A stretch of DNA of 64,000 nt. Source: Candidatus Hodarchaeota archaeon. Its GTDB lineage: Archaea > Asgardarchaeota > Lokiarchaeia > Sigyniarchaeales > SOKP01. Below, piece after piece: positions 56,537-64,000 of the stretch (position 1 is the stretch's first letter; every line of letters starts with the position of its first letter). The stretch is taken from positions 138,958-202,957 of the forward strand of contig JBHLKM010000005.1 of the NCBI GenBank assembly GCA_048886685.1. The letters run 5' to 3'. Position numbers and translations under genes: made by a program. The notes under the pieces are model-generated. The model ran no database searches and had not been told where the DNA came from. It saw nothing but the letters and a program-made list of their open reading frames with translations.

Positions 56537-58891
56537 TTATTTAGTTTGCAATTTTTGATTAGCTTGGGGAATCAAGACGATGAAATTACTACCTTTTGTA
56601 TAATCATTTTCAACTTTATCTTCTATCCAGATTTTACCATTATATCCTTTTATAATTTTTTTTACTAATGATAATCCAATTCCCATCCCTGTTGTTCCTT
56701 TTAATTCTCTATTCCCTCGTTTGAAAATCATTTCCTTTCTATCATCAGGAATACCTATCCCATTATCCATGAATTCGATTTTAACAAATTTATTTTGCTC
56801 TACTTTTACTACAGAAGCTTCAATGATAAATTCTACTGAATGATTTTCATTATATTTTATACCATTAATAAGAATATTATCAAATACTTCACGTAGAAGT
56901 TGATTCGCATAAACCACTAATTTTTCTCCATTTGACTTATATTGGATTTTTACATTTCTCTCTTTAAAGGAATTTCTAATAAATGCAATAGAATTTTCTA
57001 ATAGAACGTTGATTTCAATATGTTCAAAAGGCTTTTGTTGTTCTTCTAGTTCAGAAAGAATATTTACATTTGAAACTAATTTTGCTCCTCTCTCAACTTG
57101 GTTCCTAATTATTTCTGTAATACTTATAATATTTTTCGATTGTTCACTCTCACCGCAATAATAAGGAATTAGCTCTGCTGAGGAGTTAATGACCGCCAAA
57201 ATATTACTCATATCATGCACAAATAAATCCTTATAGAATTGTGCACGATTATATGCCTCACGGTATTTCTCTTCAGACTCTTTTAAGGCATTTGCAGCTT
57301 TCTTTCGTTCTGTAATATCCCTTGAAATAACTAAAGCCTTTATTTCACCATCAACGTCAAAATAAGTTTTACCCTTTGACTCAATCCATACCCAATGCCC
57401 TTCCTTATGCCTAAAACGTAACTCTCCCTCACCTTCTCCTTGTTTAAACCCTTCAAATAACGCTTTTGTTATTTTTGATAAATCATCTGGATGGATAAAT
57501 TTTAATGCCGATTTTCCAAGAATATCTTCCCGGGAATAGCCTAATATTTGCCGAAAAGCAGTTTCATTTATATATTCATGTTTGAATTTCTTGTTTAGCA
57601 CTCCTATCAAATCATATGCAGTTTCTGAGATCAATCGATATTTTTCTTCGGATTCTTTTAATTTCTGTTCCGCTTGTTTACGCTTGGTAATATTTCTTGA
57701 TAATCCTAAAATCCCTGTTGCTTTTCCATCCTTATCCCGTAAAAAAGTAAATTTTGTCTCGACATTGACGATAGAACCATCTTTATGGATTTGTTCAACT
57801 TCAAATGTGCGGATACGATTTGGATCCTTGAGTTTCTTTCTTTCATTCCTTAATTCCTCTTTATATGCGTTTAACGCAATTTTCAATGAGGATGGCACAT
57901 TATAGTCCATTAAGCTTAGGTCCTTCATTTCTTCATAAGTATAACCGAGTATATTAGGAACATTTGTATCATTGTAGATTAAATTCAGATTCATATCAAA
58001 AATAAAGAGATTTTCATCTGAATTTTGAGAAATTAAACGATATCTTTCTTCTGATTGCCTTAATTTTTCTTCTGCTAATTTGCGCTGATTAATATCCCTT
58101 GAAATTATTATAGCTTTTAATTCTCCGTCTTTGTCGACAAACGTCTTTCCTTTTCCTTCAAACCATACCCAATGTCCTTCAATATGTTTAAGTCTATATT
58201 CCATTTCACCTCTTCCTTGCTTGAATCCTTCCATTAATGTTTTAACTGTTCTTGAGAGATCATCTGGGTGAACAAATTTTAATGCCGATTTCCCAATAAT
58301 ATCTACACTCGAATAGCCTAGTACTTGCATAAAAGCATTTTCATTTATGTATTCATATTTAAATTTCTTATTTAACACTGTAATTAAATCATAGGCTGTT
58401 TCAGAGATTAAGCGGTATTTTTCTTCCGATTCTTTTAACTTTCTCTCTATTTCCTTTCTCTCTGTAATATCTCGCGAAATTATAAGAGTCTTTAATTTGT
58501 TATTAACATCAACAAATCTTTTTCCTTTGACTTCCACCCATATGTAATACCCATCCTTATGTCTTACTCTTAATTCTATTTTTCCTTCTCCCTTTCTAAT
58601 TGCTTTCTTATAATATTTAAGTACACGCTGAATATCCTCCGGGTGAATTAAATTAATGGACATTGAACCTACCAGATTCTTTTTTGAATAACCTAAATGT
58701 TTTCTATGAAATACTTCATTAATATATTCAAAATTAAGGTCTTTATCTAGTATTCCGATAAAATCGTTAACATTCTCGGTAATTAATGCATATCTTTCGT
58801 TAAATTCTTGAATTTTTTTTTTCAACTTCTTTTGTTCTACGAAAAGCTTCCGAAATCTCTCTTCTACTTCAAAATTAGTACTTTTTGCCAT
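56537..58891 (-). CDS. Soluble histidine kinase with four PAS domains
   Basis: Four PAS/PAC repeats; H-box FVHDMSN, N-box NGIKY, DNGIGI, GMGIGL. Confidence 0.92.
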   Translation of the reverse strand: MAKSTNFEVEERFRKLFVEQKKLKKKIQEFNERYALITENVNDFIGILDKDLNFEYINEVFHRKHLGYSKKNLVGSMSINLIHPEDIQRVLKYYKKAIRKGEGKIELRVRHKDGYYIWVEVKGKRFVDVNNKLKTLIISRDITERKEIERKLKESEEKYRLISETAYDLITVLNKKFKYEYINENAFMQVLGYSSVDIIGKSALKFVHPDDLSRTVKTLMEGFKQGRGEMEYRLKHIEGHWVWFEGKGKTFVDKDGELKAIIISRDINQRKLAEEKLRQSEERYRLISQNSDENLFIFDMNLNLIYNDTNVPNILGYTYEEMKDLSLMDYNVPSSLKIALNAYKEELRNERKKLKDPNRIRTFEVEQIHKDGSIVNVETKFTFLRDKDGKATGILGLSRNITKRKQAEQKLKESEEKYRLISETAYDLIGVLNKKFKHEYINETAFRQILGYSREDILGKSALKFIHPDDLSKITKALFEGFKQGEGEGELRFRHKEGHWVWIESKGKTYFDVDGEIKALVISRDITERKKAANALKESEEKYREAYNRAQFYKDLFVHDMSNILAVINSSAELIPYYCGESEQSKNIISITEIIRNQVERGAKLVSNVNILSELEEQQKPFEHIEINVLLENSIAFIRNSFKERNVKIQYKSNGEKLVVYANQLLREVFDNILINGIKYNENHSVEFIIEASVVKVEQNKFVKIEFMDNGIGIPDDRKEMIFKRGNRELKGTTGMGIGLSLVKKIIKGYNGKIWIEDKVENDYTKGSNFIVLIPQANQKLQTK

Positions 58892-59229
58892 CCTAATCTC
58901 TCATAAAATTACATTTTTAAATTTTTATTAAAGAAGATATATTCTTAATAACTTTTTCTTTAATTAAATTAAGGTACAGGGATTTTTTTTTGAATAATAT
59001 GTGCAAAGCTTTACAAAAATGTGCTTTTTTATAAAATAATATGTTAATCACTTTTAAACATATACATTCAATAATAATTTAAAGAAACTTATTTTGAAAA
59101 TTTGGGAAAAAAATATTGTAAAAGAATTTTATATGACTATTCCTCTATTTTTCTTTTGCAGAATATTAAAAAATAAGTTCTTTCATGTTAAAATAAGAAA
59201 ATTATATTCAATATTTTAAATAGAAATTA

Positions 59230-62200
59230 TTGGTTTTGAAATTGAAAGATCTATTAAAATCCTTTAATCTCTCTGATGATGCGATAAAAATTTATCTTAA
59301 AGGAATAGGCAAATTTCCAATTACATTATCAGAAATACATAAGTTTGTACCAAAATCATCGATTGATGATGCTAAAGAAACTATGGATGAATTAATTAAT
59401 AAAAAATTAGTTATTGTTTTAAAAACTAAATTTTCCAACATTTTTCCTCATTATCTTTTTCTTCCTCCATTCGCAGCAGTAATTAATGCTTTCTCCAAAT
59501 TAGATGAAGATCCTGTTGAGAATATCCCTCAAGTTAAAGGAAACAACTCTGTGATTGAAAAATTTCAGAATAATTTATTATATGATATTGAATTGATTGG
59601 TCAAGATTTAATAGAAATAATTTCAGCTCAATCTGAAAGTCATCAGACTACAGAGATTTTATCTGAAGTTGAGAAAAATGTCAAGAAATTCTCTCAAGTC
59701 TTATTAACTGAAGTTAATGAATTGATTGCTAAATTAAAATCCAGATCTATTGTAAATGAAATCGATATTGAGCGTGTATTGAGAGCTGTTAACCAGAAAA
59801 TTGAAGAATCTGAAGAAATAATTTCTAACATGTTTACTCAATTTAGAGAAATCATTAGTGAGATGGATTCGGCTAACATACCTACTCAGATTGAATCATT
59901 TAAAACATTTATAAGAAAATTAGGTGAATCTATTGATAAAAGAAGTAATGAAATTTTTCAGAATTCAATTTTTTCATCTTTAAATAACCTTCAAATGGTT
60001 GAACAATCATTATTTAATGTATTAGTAGATTATATTAGCAAAGATCAGATTTCTGTTGATAAACTACTTCCCCTGTACAGTATTGAAAAAATAAAAGAAA
60101 TAATTGTCTTTTTATTAGAAAAATGTAAAGAAAAATTAACCATAATCGTTCCAAATATAGAAGATTTTATACCCTTAGAGGAATTTGATTTAGAATATTC
60201 TGAAGACGCAGATTCTGAACTTTCAACAAGAGAAATAGTGCCAACTCAAAAGAAACCAATTGTTCCTTCAAAAGGTAAGCCTTCTATTAGTAAACAACAG
60301 AAAAAAGAATTATTAGACAAAATCGACTTTACAGCAAAACGAGTACCTGATTTAAAAGGATATGAGTTGAGTCATGATGTCGCTGATATTCTGGCAATGA
60401 TTTCAGAGATTAATCCTGAATCTTCGATCATTGAGAATGTCCAAGGCTGGCTAAATAGATTATTAGTCATAAGGAAATATCTTGATCAAAACACACAATA
60501 TTTAATATTAGAGGATATTGAGAAATGGAAGAAAAATTATTTAAAAATTAAGAAAGAAGAAGAACCAGAACAAGTTGAACAGGAAGATACTGAGAGTGGA
60601 ATAAATAATGGAAGAAAAGTTGAAATAGGAATGAGTTCTAATGGATTGAAAATGAAAATAGTCTCTTCGGAATCTCATGACAATAAGCATGTTAAGGCCT
60701 TGAAAAAGAAATATATTGAATATCTATGGCTTAAAAATAATAATATAGTTGCAATTGTTGGGGATGATTTATACTTAGCATTGGGCATTTATCAAAAAAT
60801 TAAAAACGATTTTAAATATGAAATTATTGGTTTTACTACATCTTTTAAACCATTCATAGAGTTGGTACAACCAAATATCTTAAAAATTATCAATGATGCT
60901 AAACCAACTAGGGAAATTCAGATAAATAAAGGATTTAATGAAATTATAGAGCATATAAATGATTATAGTGGAAAAAAAATATCAACAAAATTAAAGAATC
61001 TACTTAATGTAGCTTTTGAAAATGATGGAATCTCCCTTAATATTTTAGAATTTAAGTTATTGGTTGGTAAGCTAGAAAAGTTTTATTATCCCTTAGAGGA
61101 TGATATGAAAGTATACATAATTGAACAATTAAATAAATTAAACAAAGAATTTTCTTCATTAGAATTAATATATCCACCAGAATTTAAACCTCCAATTATT
61201 GAAGATATAACAAGCATAGAATTAGAAAAAGACGTTGTTTTAGAGGAGAAAGAAATAGAACCGCTGGATACTGAGAAAGTTAATAACCTTTTTGATCTAT
61301 TTTTAGAAAAAATTGATGAATTTAAAGGGATAGAGCTAAGGGATCAAATTGATAAATTCATAGAGGTTATTTTAAAATTGCAAGGTTATTCAAAAATTGT
61401 TGACTGGAAGAATAATTTATCTAACATAGAAGAAGCATTAGATGAACCACTTAAAGAAAAAATAAAACTAGATTTTCTTACTTGGAAAAAAGGGATTTTA
61501 AATCCGACCCTAATCAAGGAAAAAATAAAAACAGAAGAATTAGTTAATCAACCATCAACTCAAAAAGATTATATGTCTGAAAGTGAAGAAGAATATATAA
61601 GTCCTGGATTATCACAATCACAGTTTCAATCAGATGACTTAATTTCTTCAGAAACTACTAATCATAGCGTTGCACAAAAAATTGATCCATCTGAAAAAAT
61701 GAAAAAGGAATTTGATGAAATAGAGAATAATTTCACAGAATTAAATGGTGTTGATATTAGTAAAAAAATGCAAAACCTCGTTGATATAATTTTAGAAACT
61801 GAAGGGTATTCAATGGATCTTAAAGATATCAAGGATTGGATAAATAAACTTAAAAGAATCAGAAAACCACTTGAAGATGAGATTAAAGAAGATTTTGTAT
61901 TATCCTTTTTCAAATGGAAAGAAAAATATGTAAAAGTAGACGCAAACAACCAGGTAATAGATTTTGAACCTTCTTTTGATAGTTCAGAAGATACACAAGA
62001 TGAGTTTGGTAGTATAAGCGGAAGTGGTCTAAGTGGTAAAATTGAGAGTCTAATTCAAACCACTAGCAATTCTACAGGGATTAAATTAAGTAGTGAATTA
62101 CAGGATATATCAGATATTGTTTTACGGTCTCATGGTGCTGTAGCTGCCAACGTGATTAGACAATGGATTAGTAAATTAAGATCTATTAGAGATCTCTTAG

Positions 62201-62262
62201 AAGATGAAATCAGAGAAGAGTTTCTCGAAGAATTAGAAAAGTGGAAAGAGAAATTCACATAA
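59230..62262 (+). CDS. Large protein with TrmB-like wHTH, coiled coil and five repeated helical bundles
   Basis: N-terminal LKSFNLSDDAIKIYL...ELINKKLV pattern; five ~75-aa repeats with G-x-x-[IL]-S...W..KL...W-K pattern. Confidence 0.65.
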   Translation: MVLKLKDLLKSFNLSDDAIKIYLKGIGKFPITLSEIHKFVPKSSIDDAKETMDELINKKLVIVLKTKFSNIFPHYLFLPPFAAVINAFSKLDEDPVENIPQVKGNNSVIEKFQNNLLYDIELIGQDLIEIISAQSESHQTTEILSEVEKNVKKFSQVLLTEVNELIAKLKSRSIVNEIDIERVLRAVNQKIEESEEIISNMFTQFREIISEMDSANIPTQIESFKTFIRKLGESIDKRSNEIFQNSIFSSLNNLQMVEQSLFNVLVDYISKDQISVDKLLPLYSIEKIKEIIVFLLEKCKEKLTIIVPNIEDFIPLEEFDLEYSEDADSELSTREIVPTQKKPIVPSKGKPSISKQQKKELLDKIDFTAKRVPDLKGYELSHDVADILAMISEINPESSIIENVQGWLNRLLVIRKYLDQNTQYLILEDIEKWKKNYLKIKKEEEPEQVEQEDTESGINNGRKVEIGMSSNGLKMKIVSSESHDNKHVKALKKKYIEYLWLKNNNIVAIVGDDLYLALGIYQKIKNDFKYEIIGFTTSFKPFIELVQPNILKIINDAKPTREIQINKGFNEIIEHINDYSGKKISTKLKNLLNVAFENDGISLNILEFKLLVGKLEKFYYPLEDDMKVYIIEQLNKLNKEFSSLELIYPPEFKPPIIEDITSIELEKDVVLEEKEIEPLDTEKVNNLFDLFLEKIDEFKGIELRDQIDKFIEVILKLQGYSKIVDWKNNLSNIEEALDEPLKEKIKLDFLTWKKGILNPTLIKEKIKTEELVNQPSTQKDYMSESEEEYISPGLSQSQFQSDDLISSETTNHSVAQKIDPSEKMKKEFDEIENNFTELNGVDISKKMQNLVDIILETEGYSMDLKDIKDWINKLKRIRKPLEDEIKEDFVLSFFKWKEKYVKVDANNQVIDFEPSFDSSEDTQDEFGSISGSGLSGKIESLIQTTSNSTGIKLSSELQDISDIVLRSHGAVAANVIRQWISKLRSIRDLLEDEIREEFLEELEKWKEKFT

Positions 62263-62272
62263 TAAAACTAAA

Positions 62273-62680
62273 CTATTTTAATTCTATTACATAACCATTC
62301 GAATCAGTCTTAAAAATTCCTTTAGATGAATCGAGTAAAACAAATTTATTACCCCAAGGATCCTTCACAATTACACATTTACCTATTGGAATATCGAAAG
62401 GCTCTTCTATTATAGATCCTCCCGCTTCAATAAAACGTTTTGCTGCAATTTCAACAGATTTAACCATTATGTCCGTTTCAGGCTCATAATGCTCAGTGTG
62501 AATAACTAATTCAGCTTCACTTTCGGGGATTTTTAACCCTATACTTGATTCTTTTCTCCATATCAATTTATGATCAAGTTTATCTCTATAAAATTTCAAC
62601 CCATCCTCTAAATTAGAAACAGGAATTCTGATACAATCCACTTTACGAAATAATGCATCTTTATCTGATTTATTTACCAT
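62273..62680 (-). CDS. VOC/glyoxalase family protein
   Basis: IPVSNLEDGLKFYRDKL, AGG, EPFDIPIG, DPWGN. Confidence 0.88.
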   Translation of the reverse strand: MVNKSDKDALFRKVDCIRIPVSNLEDGLKFYRDKLDHKLIWRKESSIGLKIPESEAELVIHTEHYEPETDIMVKSVEIAAKRFIEAGGSIIEEPFDIPIGKCVIVKDPWGNKFVLLDSSKGIFKTDSNGYVIELK

Positions 62681-62714
62681 AAGTTTGTATTAACATCTAT
62701 GATTTTAAATTTTC

Positions 62715-64000
62715 TTATATTTCTTTAGGAAAAATGACCAGTTCAGTAAGTTCATTTACTTTCATTAATTTCCTATTAATGAAAATCCTGACTTTCTCAG
62801 AAGTAATTTTAGGATTATTCATGAATAACTCTTGTACAATAATATGGCATTTTTTTCCTTTTTTTGCCAATTTTTCATGAATAGGATTATTTTCATTATA
62901 AATGGGAATTGGAAACATAAATGGTCTTTTATGAATATGTCTTGAACTTTTTATTTGCTTTATCTTTTTCGATAAATTAGGGGTGTTTAAAATCGCCGAT
63001 AAATAATAAGCTTCTTCTTCTGATTCAGTAGAATAATAATAATTTTCAGATCCGACAATAATAGTTTGATCTTCATTATTAATGACTGCTGCTTTTAAAT
63101 TAGAGCCACTTGCATTGTATACTGTAAGAAAGGATTTGTTATTAACTTGTTTATGCAATTTATTCCAATAATTCAAATTATCATAGAGAGTATCAATTTT
63201 ACTTGTCACTTTCTTATTTGCTTGGTAAATAGTGTTCATTTCATTATAAAAACTCTGAGCTTTTGGATATTGTTGAAGATAGTCAAGATCAAAATTAAAT
63301 CGAGTATTGATAGGTAAGAATACATCTTTTAATTGTTTTAAGTGAAAGGGGATAAGGTCTATGTTTAAAAATGTTTTAAAGTGAAACTTATCTTCAATTT
63401 CTTTATTTTTGAAAGGATGTAACCATTTTTCTTTAGCTCTGGATAATATATCAGGATCAGAATCGATTGTGAGATACCCATTTTTCTTATTTTTAATTTG
63501 AAAAAATATAAGTGTTCTCGGAACCAATGTGGCTCCCTGATAGAATTTCTTTTTATATGGGCTGTTCTGTAAATTATTTAACATCTTTAATTCATGAATA
63601 GGCATAATTAATTTCGCACCATTACCGTTATCATCGATTTTTAAACTTGAATATGATGTTTCCTTGATTAGCTCTGATTTATTATTAAAGATTTTTGTTT
63701 TAATGGGATATCTTTTTGTGATCGGTATGTAATTGTCTTTACCAATATATTCTGCTTTCAAACAAATATGTTCTACATTGAAAAAATAACTATCCGGAAA
63801 GTCCCAAATTTCTAAATTTGCATTAAATGAATAAAATGCTCGAAATTTGTAGCAATGATCCCCGTTTAATACGCTTTTAGGCATAACAAAAAATATCTTA
63901 CCCCCATTCTTTAAAAAATAAAAGGGAATTGCATAGAAGAAAATTCCTGCCAATTCTATATGCGTTATGTATTGACTTAATGGTTTAATCCTTAATAGAT
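62715..64000 (-). CDS. C-terminal part of a gamma-class N6 DNA methyltransferase (Type IIG/Eco57I-like), truncated by window edge
   Basis: ELAGIFF...LKNGGKIFFVMPKSVL, TRD-like YLSAILN...FPIP; frame stays open to the window end. Confidence 0.7.
   Translation of the reverse strand, partial: LLRIKPLSQYITHIELAGIFFYAIPFYFLKNGGKIFFVMPKSVLNGDHCYKFRAFYSFNANLEIWDFPDSYFFNVEHICLKAEYIGKDNYIPITKRYPIKTKIFNNKSELIKETSYSSLKIDDNGNGAKLIMPIHELKMLNNLQNSPYKKKFYQGATLVPRTLIFFQIKNKKNGYLTIDSDPDILSRAKEKWLHPFKNKEIEDKFHFKTFLNIDLIPFHLKQLKDVFLPINTRFNFDLDYLQQYPKAQSFYNEMNTIYQANKKVTSKIDTLYDNLNYWNKLHKQVNNKSFLTVYNASGSNLKAAVINNEDQTIIVGSENYYYSTESEEEAYYLSAILNTPNLSKKIKQIKSSRHIHKRPFMFPIPIYNENNPIHEKLAKKGKKCHIIVQELFMNNPKITSEKVRIFINRKLMKVNELTELVIFPKEI

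Noticed and set aside
7544-61949. Other 60-110 aa ORFs antisense to or overlapping real genes (e.g. 7544, 10231, 12439, 15007, 17396, 23852, 28454, 32419, 33000, 34789, 37357, 42072, 46647, 50121, 53323, 57582, 61662)
   Set aside because: Nested in or overlapping longer motif-bearing genes; no independent evidence
62715-64000. Defence island at the right edge
   Set aside because: Only a partial methyltransferase is visible; cannot be judged from this window

Overview
AT-rich, gene-dense chromosomal window most consistent with an Asgard archaeon of the Lokiarchaeia (Promethearchaeota). This is inferred from archaeal aCPSF1 and tRNA-Gln, a diphthamide-less EF-2 paralogue, Roadblock and small-GTPase genes, bacterial-type gyrase and a multi-PAS kinase. 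The left end is the tail of a chemosensory cluster (cheR-cheB-cheD-cheC-[Roadblock/Rab-like GTPase fusion]-cheB2), the most striking candidate for an undescribed system. The rest is housekeeping (purN, aCPSF1, dGTPase, parvulin, hisA, asnS-gatA-gatB, cofE-like/folP, gyrB-gyrA, DEAD-box helicase). It is interspersed with candidate eukaryote-like proteins: a UFL1/DDRGK1/PCI winged-helix array fused to an adaptin/BBSome-like appendage, an IFT52-like GIFT protein next to a YfcE/Vps29 protein, an MglA-type GTPase, and a TrmB-like protein with five Vps28-CTD-like repeats. Features missed by the ORF track are a tRNA-Gln(CUG) with a ~30-nt D-loop insertion, two long intergenic fold-back elements each hiding a tiny ORF, a 59-aa membrane protein, a triple-frameshifted MBL hydrolase and a probable CUG start. 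No CRISPR array, rRNA or transposase was seen. All homology calls come from motif recognition by eye; no searches were run.
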